Assembly (NCBI GenBank): GCA_040005235.1
Contig: JBDTZG010000015.1
Span: 39,821-103,820 of the forward strand
Length of the DNA: 64,000 nt
Origin: Acidobacteriota bacterium
GTDB taxonomy: Bacteria > Acidobacteriota > Thermoanaerobaculia > Multivoradales > UBA5704
Direction: 5' to 3'
The notes under the pieces are model-generated. The model was not told the origin of the DNA. It saw nothing but the letters and a program-made list of their open reading frames with translations, and made no database searches. The translations under genes were made by a program, and so were the position numbers. Positions 10,086-18,151 of this stretch are shown here, piece after piece (positions within the stretch are counted from its first letter, which is position 1; each line of letters starts with the position of its first letter).

Positions 10086-12068
10086 CTATCTCGCCGGACG
10101 GCCGCGCCGAGCGTCGCGCGACCGTCCCGCTGCGTAGGCGCTCTCAAACGCTCGCCGATGGGCGGCGACCAGGCTCCGCGCGAAGAGCGGCGCCGCGAGG
10201 AACGTCAAAACGAGGGCCAGCTCCAACCCCCAGGACCAGACGGTGCGCAAAAACCAGCCGATCTCGCCCAACAGGCCACCGCGCGCCAGGTGTCTCACCC
10301 CGGAGGGGAACGCCCGATCGTCCGAGACAAAGCGTCGGATCGCTCGCGCTTTCTGCGGTTCGGCAGAGGCGAGAAGAGCGGCACGGGCAAGCGCCCGGCC
10401 GCCCAATGCGGCCATCATGTCGGCGCGCCACGCGACGAAGAAGTCGCGCGAGATCCCTTTGAGCGAGAGCGCCCGGGCGTATTCCTGCTCGAACGCGGAA
10501 AGCTCCCCTTTCCGCAGCAGGCTCCGCCAGAGGTGAAGGAACAGCCAGTCGTCGAGAGCCGATTCGGCGGTCGGCGTAAAACCCGCTCCGACCGGCTTGA
10601 ACTCGACCGGTCGCACGCCGCCGGGCAGCTCGATCTCCCGTTCGGGCGGGTAGAGCTTGCGGAACAAGGCGCGCGGCAGGCTCGGCTCGCCCCGCGCGGG
10701 GGCTCCGCCGCGCGGGCTGGAGCCGGCGAGCACGGCGCAAGCCGCGGCGAGCCGGTCGAGCCGGTCGCCGTCCGCGGGCGGCAGGGCCGCGGCGTTTTCC
10801 TGGGCCTGGCGCAGGAAGCTCGCCGCCTGCTGGAATTCGCCGAGCTGCGCGAGCAGGGCACCGAGGTTATAGAGAAGGTAGGGATCGTCGAGGCTCGCGG
10901 TCGGGTTTTCTGCCGTCCAATCGATAGCGTTCGAGAGCGCCCAGAGCAGGTTCTCCTCGTCCCAGGCCTTGGCGTCCCCGCGGTAGAACCGGTCGAAACG
11001 GTCGCGGAACAGCCGATCGAACGGCGCGGCCGACCGTGTCAAGCTGCGGCAGAAACCGCGGTCGCGGTAGCTCTTCTCGTCGCGACTGCTCTTGGGAAAG
11101 GGATTGCACGAGATCGCCGTCGGCCGGTCCTCGCTACGGTGAAACCCGGGGCTCGCGAGGTACCCGCCGATCAGGTCGCTCGCGAGCGCTCCGGACGACA
11201 GGCCGGTGGGCGCGAGCGGGAAGACCTGGAGCGCCCCAGCGACCTGAGGAAACGCCGCCGGGCACTCGTCGGTCGCGTTGTAAAGATCGACCAGCGCCCA
11301 GGAGAGGGCCTTAATCGCGGCATCGCGCGCCCCGGCGGCGCCAGCCGCATCTTTGATACCCGCTCCCGCCGGATCTCCTTCGCCCGCGGCTGCCGCAACC
11401 CGAAGCTGGGCGTGGCCCAGCGCGTAGCGGGTGTGGAGGCTCGCTTCGTAGAGCGTCGTCCGGCCGCAGCCCCCGGAGGCCGCGCGGATCGCCCGGTCGA
11501 CCCTCTTTCTGGCACTCTCCAACTCGCGCACGGCGGCCCGCGCGTTGCCGCGCCGCAGGTAGAGGACGCCCCGGTCGTAATCGATCAGCCACGAGTCGGG
11601 CTGACTCCGGCGCGCCAGCCCAAGCGCGTCGATGCCGCGATCGATCCGCTGCTCCAGGGCATCCGGATCTTCGGCCGCGCCGTCCTCCGCCGGATCGGGA
11701 AGCGAACGAACCTCGGCGAGAGCGGTTTCGAGCGCGGTTCGCGCCTCGCCGCTCGGCGGCCGGAGCGCCGGAGCTTCCGGGATTTCGCTCCACGGCAGGA
11801 CGCGCGCGGCGAGCACCGGCTCCTTGATCCGAAACTCGCGCTCGATCCGCCCGCGTTCGGTGGGGGTCGTGCCCGGAAAATCGGACCAAGGCCAGGCGAG
11901 GCTGGTCGCCAGCGGCGACGGGTTGCCGTCGAGCCGGAGCGCCCGGCCGGAAAGGAAGGCGCGGAGCCCGAAGAAGCCGGCCGCAGAGAGCGCCATTACG
12001 ATCAGGGCGACCGTCCAGGCGTACGTCGCGGCGCGCGCCTGCACCTTGGCGAAACGGTCGTCGCTCAA
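10086..12068 (-). CDS. Membrane-anchored TPR-repeat protein
   Basis: TPR-like helices (YDRGVLYLRRGNARAA, YALGHAQL, YNLGALLAQLGEFQQA); TM segments near both termini; TTG at 12068 overlaps the upstream TGA. Confidence 0.7.
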   Translation of the reverse strand: MSDDRFAKVQARAATYAWTVALIVMALSAAGFFGLRAFLSGRALRLDGNPSPLATSLAWPWSDFPGTTPTERGRIEREFRIKEPVLAARVLPWSEIPEAPALRPPSGEARTALETALAEVRSLPDPAEDGAAEDPDALEQRIDRGIDALGLARRSQPDSWLIDYDRGVLYLRRGNARAAVRELESARKRVDRAIRAASGGCGRTTLYEASLHTRYALGHAQLRVAAAAGEGDPAGAGIKDAAGAAGARDAAIKALSWALVDLYNATDECPAAFPQVAGALQVFPLAPTGLSSGALASDLIGGYLASPGFHRSEDRPTAISCNPFPKSSRDEKSYRDRGFCRSLTRSAAPFDRLFRDRFDRFYRGDAKAWDEENLLWALSNAIDWTAENPTASLDDPYLLYNLGALLAQLGEFQQAASFLRQAQENAAALPPADGDRLDRLAAACAVLAGSSPRGGAPARGEPSLPRALFRKLYPPEREIELPGGVRPVEFKPVGAGFTPTAESALDDWLFLHLWRSLLRKGELSAFEQEYARALSLKGISRDFFVAWRADMMAALGGRALARAALLASAEPQKARAIRRFVSDDRAFPSGVRHLARGGLLGEIGWFLRTVWSWGLELALVLTFLAAPLFARSLVAAHRRAFESAYAAGRSRDARRGRPAR

Positions 12069-13228
12069 CCCTGTGCTCCCCTCGCCGGAGAGACCGCGGC
12101 GTCCACCCGGCGCCGCAGCCAGAGCGGCCACGAGGTATCGAGATCGCCGGCCAGCCGGGCGCTCCAAACGCCGCGCCGCGCATCGAGCTGGCGGTCGAGC
12201 CAATCGAACATCTCGACCACGCCGTAATGCGGCAGCCCATAGTCCACCCGGCCGTCGAGCCCCTCGTGGCCGAAGAACGAGCTGATGAAATCGAAACGGT
12301 AGCGGGCGAAGCGGTTCTCGATCGCCGAGCCCAGCACCGGCGCACCGGCAAGTCCGAACGAGAGCGGATCGTCCAGCGGTTCGAGGGTCTCCAATCGATC
12401 GGCCTGGGAGAGCGCCACGAACAGCGGCTCGGACATTTTCGTCCCGGGCAGGGCGCGAATCTTTCGCAGCTCGTCCTTCGAGATCCCTTCGGCGAGAAAC
12501 CCCTTGGGACCGAGCCGCGCGAGCCCGGCCTTGGCGATGCGGATGGCGTCGATGATGTCGTAGAACGACTCGGAGAGGGCGGCCACCTTCGCCCGCTCGG
12601 CGGCGGTGCCGCCCGCCGCTCGTGCCAGGTGCTCCGCTTCGATCACGAACACGTAGGCGCTCGCGCAAGCCAGCGCGGTGAGATAGGAGCGCACGCCGAT
12701 CCCGGACAGGCTCGCCCGGGTCGACTGCTCGTCGAACGCACGCTGGAAACTCTCCCCCGAGCAGTCCACCAGCACGTAGGGGCTTCCCGTGCCACGCCGC
12801 GCCGGGTTCGCCTCGGTGAGCCACAGGCCTTCCGGGGTGATCTCGATCGTCTCCTGTTTCCTCGGATGCGTCGTCCACCGCCCGGCCCGCGGCAGTGCCT
12901 CGCGCAGCCGATTGATCAGAAAGGTCTTGCCGCTCGCGCCGAAACCGATCACGGTGACGATCCGGCGGCTCTCGCCGTAGGCGGTGAAGGTCTCCAGGTG
13001 ATTGGGGTCGAGGGCTTCGTCCTCCCCGTCGGCCTCGCCCGCCGGTTCCGGCGCGGGGGAGGGCGCCGACCGCGGCGGAAGAGGAGGAACGACGACCGCC
13101 CGCGTCGCCGCCGCCACGCTCGGGCCGGGCATGGGCGCCGGCCGGGCGAGGCCCAAGGCCGCACCGCAGTGCTGGCAGACCTCGGTCCCCGCGGAGTTCA
13201 GCGTGCCGCACTGCGGACAAGTGATCAT
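12065..13228 (-). CDS. Zinc-ribbon plus TRAFAC-class GTPase (DO-GTPase-like)
   Basis: CPQCG...CQHCG ribbon; G1 GFGASGKT, G2 T, G3 DCSGE, G4-like SQAD, G5-like SSFFG; C-terminal GVVEMFDWL; RBS GGAGG. Confidence 0.75.
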   Translation of the reverse strand: MITCPQCGTLNSAGTEVCQHCGAALGLARPAPMPGPSVAAATRAVVVPPLPPRSAPSPAPEPAGEADGEDEALDPNHLETFTAYGESRRIVTVIGFGASGKTFLINRLREALPRAGRWTTHPRKQETIEITPEGLWLTEANPARRGTGSPYVLVDCSGESFQRAFDEQSTRASLSGIGVRSYLTALACASAYVFVIEAEHLARAAGGTAAERAKVAALSESFYDIIDAIRIAKAGLARLGPKGFLAEGISKDELRKIRALPGTKMSEPLFVALSQADRLETLEPLDDPLSFGLAGAPVLGSAIENRFARYRFDFISSFFGHEGLDGRVDYGLPHYGVVEMFDWLDRQLDARRGVWSARLAGDLDTSWPLWLRRRVDAAVSPARGAQG

Positions 13229-13268
13229 CGATCCCTCCGATTCGATCCCATCAAACGAAACCGCAAAC

Positions 13269-15374
13269 TCAAGCGAACCGTCCCCCCTGCGCCGCGCGCG
13301 GTGCAAGAGCCTCCAGCCAGATCAACACCGGCCAGCCCGCTCCGCGCGGCGCGGATTCTCTCGCATCCCGGCACGCCTGCGCACGAATCGCCGCCAGCTC
13401 GCGCGGTTCGAAAGAAGGAAGCGGGCCGAATCTCCCGGGCAGCCGCGCCGCCGCGCGGGCCGCCGGAGCCGTAAGCCCCGCCGGGTGGGCGCGCAGAAGC
13501 TCCATCAGGGCGGAGCGGAAAGGAGCGCCGTTCACCTCCGGCCGGCCGGCCGCCGCGCGAACCAAAGCGAGCGCGCCGCGGGCCAGCTCCGGGCTTGGCC
13601 CCCCGGCAACGCTTTCTCCCAGCTTCTCGGCCGAACGGGAAGCCAACCGCTCCGCAAGCCGCGCCCGCTCGGGGTTGCGCTCCAGATCCCAGCCGTCGCC
13701 CCCTTCGAACGCGAAGCGGAGCCCGCGCGCGGCATTGGCCAGAAACGATTCGAGCGCCGGATCGGGCAGGCCCGCGAGCCTTTCGCGATCGAGCAGTTGG
13801 GGAAAGCTCGCCGCCAGCTCCCGCACCAGAGGCAGAAGCTCTCCCGGGGGCATCTCTTCGAGCAGTCCCTCCTGCCCGGCGAGCCGGGCGGCGAGCGCGG
13901 CGGGAACCCGCGTGTCGAGCCACGGCAGCAGCCACTTCAGATAGGAGCGGAACCAAGCGCGGCGCTCGGCGGGCGCCTCCGAGGGCGCCGCACGCTCGAT
14001 CGCCGCGAGCGCCGGGTTGAGCGGCACGTCGTTCGGCAGGTGGGCGAGAAGAGCCATGATGGCCGAGAGGGCGCCGCCGTCCAGCTCCCGCCAGCGGGAG
14101 AACGCGAGCGCCAGGAACGGCAGGGCGAAACCGGGCGCTTGCACGAGAAGCTCCTCAAGCCAAGACGCGAGATCGCGATCGGCCGGACCGAAGATCGCGC
14201 GAAGCGGCGCCGTGTCGTCCGCCGAAAGCGCCACCGAGATCTCGGCCGTGACCGCGGGCAGCCCTCCACCGGAGCGCAGCTCATCGATCAATTCCGCGGC
14301 CGGCGCCTGCGCCAAAGTCCTGCCGCATTCCACCAACAGCGCCGCCGGATCGCCCGCGAGAAGCGCCGCCGCCGCGCTCTGTTCGAGGCCTTGGGCCAAG
14401 ACTCCGAGCAGTTGGCCCCCCAGGCGGGGCAGGCCGGCGTTGGCCGGATGGCGCGCGATCTCCAGAACCTGCTCGGTCGCCTGTTTCGAAGCGCCGTTTC
14501 GGGCGCGCGCACGGCGCGGCCCGGGCTCGGGAAGCGTCTCCAACAGGCGAACTTGAACGACGGCGCGGTCCGGATCGCGCAAAAGCGACAAGCCGGACAC
14601 CGGCTCGACCCGTCCTCTCGCCGCCGCGAGCCACACCGCGATCGGTCCGTCGCCCGCCACAGGAAGCGGACGGACCGCGCCGCGTAGATAGCGCTCGGCA
14701 AGCGGCCGATCTTCCGGAACGAAAGCGGAGAATCGGTACGGCAAAGCCCGCGGTTGGCAAAAGCGGCTGCAGAAGGCGAAGCTCGTCCGGTCGTCCGGCG
14801 GCAGGGTGGAGAGCAAGGCACGGCAGAGAGAAAGGGCGAGCGAGCCCTCCGCCACTTGCACGGCGAGCGGGCCCAGGGTGAGCGCGGCGAGCAGCGGCGC
14901 CAGGTTTTCGAGCGCAATCTCTCCCGAGACGTCCGCACCGCAGACCCGACGCGACGCGAGCTCCCAACGCCTCAGGTCGAGATCCGGGGCCGGTAGCTCC
15001 TCTCCGTCGGGTTTGCTTTCTGCGAACAGCCCCGCGTCGGCGAGCAGGAAAAGATCGCCACGCAGGGTCTGGAGCAGGGCCGGCGACAGGATCAACGCGT
15101 GAACCAGATAGTCGTTGCCCCGTCCGCCCCGTCCGAGGACGACCGCCCGCGCGAAAGCGTGCCGGCCGCCCCGCGGGTCGAGCGGGAAGGCCGAATAGAA
15201 CGGCTCGACCTGCTCTCCGGTGAGCGCGGTGCCTCCCAGGTTCGCGTGCTGTTCGATCAGGTCGCGATCGGCGCGGGCGACCCCGGGCGAGACCGCCAGG
15301 ATGCGGTAGTCGCGGTCGCCGGAACGGGAACCGTAGATCGCCTGTTCGAGGCGGAAGTCGGCGGAAGTGCTCAC
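13269..15374 (-). CDS. GAP1-N2-like (GTPase-associated protein 1) domain protein with a helical C-terminus
   Basis: N-terminal EQAIYGS...YRILAVSPGV and GRGNDYLVHALIL match my recollection of GAP1-N2 signatures; directly upstream of the GTPase. Confidence 0.65.
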   Translation of the reverse strand: MSTSADFRLEQAIYGSRSGDRDYRILAVSPGVARADRDLIEQHANLGGTALTGEQVEPFYSAFPLDPRGGRHAFARAVVLGRGGRGNDYLVHALILSPALLQTLRGDLFLLADAGLFAESKPDGEELPAPDLDLRRWELASRRVCGADVSGEIALENLAPLLAALTLGPLAVQVAEGSLALSLCRALLSTLPPDDRTSFAFCSRFCQPRALPYRFSAFVPEDRPLAERYLRGAVRPLPVAGDGPIAVWLAAARGRVEPVSGLSLLRDPDRAVVQVRLLETLPEPGPRRARARNGASKQATEQVLEIARHPANAGLPRLGGQLLGVLAQGLEQSAAAALLAGDPAALLVECGRTLAQAPAAELIDELRSGGGLPAVTAEISVALSADDTAPLRAIFGPADRDLASWLEELLVQAPGFALPFLALAFSRWRELDGGALSAIMALLAHLPNDVPLNPALAAIERAAPSEAPAERRAWFRSYLKWLLPWLDTRVPAALAARLAGQEGLLEEMPPGELLPLVRELAASFPQLLDRERLAGLPDPALESFLANAARGLRFAFEGGDGWDLERNPERARLAERLASRSAEKLGESVAGGPSPELARGALALVRAAAGRPEVNGAPFRSALMELLRAHPAGLTAPAARAAARLPGRFGPLPSFEPRELAAIRAQACRDARESAPRGAGWPVLIWLEALAPRAAQGGRFA

Positions 15375-15382
15375 CGTTCGCG

Positions 15383-16486
15383 CTAGCCCTCGGGCGCCAG
15401 GCGGGCGATCTCGCCCAGCGCCGCGTAAGAAAGGGCGAGATAGGCCTCGACCGGACTTGCAGCTTCAAAGGCCAGACCCTTCGCCCCCAGGCAGGAGGAA
15501 ACGGCCCGCAGCACGGTGAAGGTCGTCGGGCCGGTCAACCCGTCCGGTTTGAAGCGGGAGAGCTGGACCGCGCCAAGATCGGCGTTGGCGCACCAGGTGA
15601 GCCCCGAGCTTCCCTTCCGGAGCAGGAGGTTTTTAGCAAGCGTCTGCGCGGCGAATACGGCGGCGTTCGGAGTGAGCGGCGCCTTCGAGGCGAGCGGATA
15701 CTCCCGGCGGACGCAGGCATCGAAATCGCCCGCCAGATCGCCGTCGAACCGTCCAGCCCGCTGTTCCAGTTTTTCGCGCGTCGCCTGGGGGAAAAAGCAG
15801 TCGAGCTGCGCCTGCGCCGACGACGCGGCCAGCGGCGAAGCGGCGGCGAGACTATTTTGGGCGGAACGGATCTCGCGCAGCCAGATCGCGTCGAGCACGC
15901 CGGCCGCGGGAGAGGCGTCGTCGGTCGCGGCGGGATCGTCCGACCTCTCCCCTTCGAACGCCGTACCCGCCGCCTGTCCGGCGGAATCGCCCAATTCGTC
16001 GCCTCGCCGCGAAGCCGACCGTTCCCCGGAGCGCGGGTGGTATCTATCCACCGCGAACCAAACGGCCGAAGCCACGACCAGAAGCAAGCAGCCGCCGAGC
16101 AGCCAAGGGATCCAAACCTGCTCGCGGAACCGGCGCGGCAGCCAGCTGCCTTCTTCGCGCCGCTCGCCCCAACCCGCGGTTTTCCCGCTCGCCACCGGCT
16201 TCGGGCCGCGTTCACCCCTAAGGAGGTCCTCATCCTGTCCGGCACGGGCGCCCGATCCGAGCGTCCGTCGCGGACCCTCTCCCTCTTCCTTAAGCGCCCG
16301 CTTCTGTGCCCCCACCTGTTCGCGGACCGCCTTGGCGACCGCGCTCTCCAGCTTGCGGCGAAACTCCGGTTTCTCCAGCTCCTCGGACATGACCCGGCGC
16401 ACGACGGCCGCCAGCTCGCGTTCGAGCGCCCGCGCATCGTCCTCGTAGACCCCGGACTCCGAATCGTCCATTCCGCGTTGGCTCAT
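15383..16486 (-). CDS. Single-pass membrane protein with a Cys-containing extracytoplasmic domain and possible peptidoglycan-binding motif
   Basis: TM WIPWLLGGCLLLVVASAVWFAV; PDGLTGPTT resembles the PG_binding_1 DGxxGxxT motif; first gene of the operon. Confidence 0.6.
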   Translation of the reverse strand: MSQRGMDDSESGVYEDDARALERELAAVVRRVMSEELEKPEFRRKLESAVAKAVREQVGAQKRALKEEGEGPRRTLGSGARAGQDEDLLRGERGPKPVASGKTAGWGERREEGSWLPRRFREQVWIPWLLGGCLLLVVASAVWFAVDRYHPRSGERSASRRGDELGDSAGQAAGTAFEGERSDDPAATDDASPAAGVLDAIWLREIRSAQNSLAAASPLAASSAQAQLDCFFPQATREKLEQRAGRFDGDLAGDFDACVRREYPLASKAPLTPNAAVFAAQTLAKNLLLRKGSSGLTWCANADLGAVQLSRFKPDGLTGPTTFTVLRAVSSCLGAKGLAFEAASPVEAYLALSYAALGEIARLAPEG

Positions 16487-16549
16487 AGGAGGTGCTTAAG
16501 ATTACCTCACGAAACCCGCTGCGTCGCCAGAACGGTCACAGGTCCGCGG

Positions 16550-16628
16550 GCGCGCCGAGGCGCACTCGGCTCTGATTCGCCGTCATGACGATCTTTACTA
16601 CGTGCTCGACCGGCCGGAAGTGTCAGAC
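16550..16628 (+). pseudogene. Displaced ligA 5' fragment, copy 1
   Basis: 79 nt colinear with ligA 21096-21174 (RAEAHSALIRRHDDLYYVLDRPEVSD versus RAEALSALIRRHDHLYYVLDRPEVSD). Confidence 0.9.
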
Positions 16629-16989
16629 AACCCGTTTGAACGGCTGGATCGGCCGCCGTCGGCGCCTAGCTCTCTAGTCGGCGGCCCCAGGGTTCGAGCT
16701 ATCATGGGGGCGCCATGGCTCTCCCCGGCCAAACCGAGTACCGGTAGGGGGAAAGCGTACGCCGCAAACCGCTGTTCGCGCTTCAGCAACTTCGTGGCGG
16801 AGTCCGAAGATCGATCAGCGGAAAGCCCAAAGTAGTGTTCCGGAGGAAAACGCCGGAGCGTCTGCCCGGAGCGCGGGTTGCCCGGTGCCGGACGCCGGTG
16901 CCATGGGCCAGCTCACCGATGAGCCGACCCACAACACTTGTGCGCCGGGCCACGGCACCAGTGAGCCGAACCGTGACACCAGTGGTGCG

Positions 16990-17262
16990 CGCCGGCACAC
17001 CACTGCGCCAGGCCAGGGCACTGGTGGTACGGGCCAGCACACCACTGCGCTGGGCCAGGGCACTGGTGGTACGGGCCGGCACACCAGTGCGCTGGGCCAG
17101 AGCACTGGTGGTTCGGGCCAGCACACCACTGCGCTGGGCCAGGGCACTGCTGGTACGGGCCAGCACACCACTGCGCCGGGCCAGGGCACTGCTGGTACGG
17201 GCCAGCACACCACTGCGCCGGGCCAGGACACTGGTGGTACGGGCCAGCACACCAGTGGTGGG
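16990..17262. repeat. Tandem repeat of 13 x 21 bp (alternating units giving a 42-bp period), degenerate out to about 16885-17325
   Basis: Alternating GGCCAGGGCACTGGTGGTACG and GGCCAGCACACCACTGCGCTG units. Confidence 0.95.
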
Positions 17263-17406
17263 AGCGGGCCGACCGGTGCGGCGAGCCGGAGAACCAGTGG
17301 CCGGAACCGTAACGGCGGTGGCCGCTGCCGCGCCGGGGGTGAGCGCGGGGGCAACACCGCTCGGCGGGCTCGTTCGACCGGCTCTGTGGCCCGGCGACGC
17401 GGTGGC

Positions 17407-17547
17407 GGCTCTGCGGTAGAGTTTCGCCCGCCTGAAGGAAGGAGCGCCATGAGTTCGAAAACTGGCACGAAGTCCGGAACAGACTCCCCCCGCGAGCGCG
17501 CCGAGGCGCACTCGGCTCTGATCCGCCGTCAACCGGCCCGAAGTGTC
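17407..17547 (+). pseudogene. Displaced ligA upstream region, RBS and N-terminus, copy 2
   Basis: GGCTCTGCGGTAGAGTTTCGCCCGCCTGAAGGAAGGAG is identical to 20995-21032; continues as MSSKTG...ERAEAHSALIRR with internal deletions and ends GAAGTGTC. Confidence 0.92.
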
Positions 17548-17657
17548 GGCCGCGGCTCCCTGCGCGAGCGGCTCCTCGCCCGGCGCTCCGCCTGACGGGG
17601 CGCTCCTCGCCTTGCGCTTCCTCGTTGACGAGAACCGTTTTGAACGGCTAGATCGGC

Positions 17658-17885
17658 CTACGGCGTCTTCGCAGCCAGCCGCCAGGTCATCGTCGGTCGC
17701 TTGTTGGCCGCCGCGCATTCTTTGAGGAACAGGTTGATTAGCGTCTGGTAGGGAATCCCCAGCTCTTCGGCCAAACCCTGGAAATAAGCGAGCACTCCTG
17801 GGTCCAGCCGGATCGTGACCTGCTTCTTGAGCCGCCTGGCGTACGGATTGGGCTGCGCTTGGGAGAAGTCGTAGGTCTTTCTCAT
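17658..17885 (-). CDS. BrnA-family (CopG/RHH) antitoxin, no adjacent BrnT
   Basis: MRKTYDFS..NPYA..LKKQVTIRLD...YF......GIPYQTLIN signature. Confidence 0.85.
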   Translation of the reverse strand: MRKTYDFSQAQPNPYARRLKKQVTIRLDPGVLAYFQGLAEELGIPYQTLINLFLKECAAANKRPTMTWRLAAKTP

Positions 17886-18151
17886 CGATTGAGCAAGCAG
17901 AGGGTCGGCATCGAACCTACAGCGTAACTACAGGGCAGGTGGTGGTCAATGCTCTCGAGACCGAGCGATCACAGCGATTCCGCAACCCCGCGTAGGAGGC
18001 CACCGGATGTACTCGCGGATCACCGTTCCCATAGGCCGAGCCGCCCGCCCGCCAGCACCTCGACCCGTCCTCACTGTAATTGCCGAGAGCCGCGCAGCAG
18101 CGGCAAGACCAAGACGCTCGGCCCAGCTGCCGCTAGACTCGCAGCATTTCC

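Noticed and set aside
16629-16697. attC site, or a true integron in the ligA island
   Set aside because: AAC...GTT ends and a hairpin exist, but the R and L boxes do not pair as attC requires. The integrase evidence is only a 13-codon remnant.
16990-17262. Possible CRISPR array
   Set aside because: Units are directly tandem with no unique spacers, and no cas genes are present.
17946-18150. Short ORFs between brnA and the secreted protein (VIREYIR resembles the IS200 C-terminus)
   Set aside because: A seven-residue resemblance only, with no other transposase motifs.
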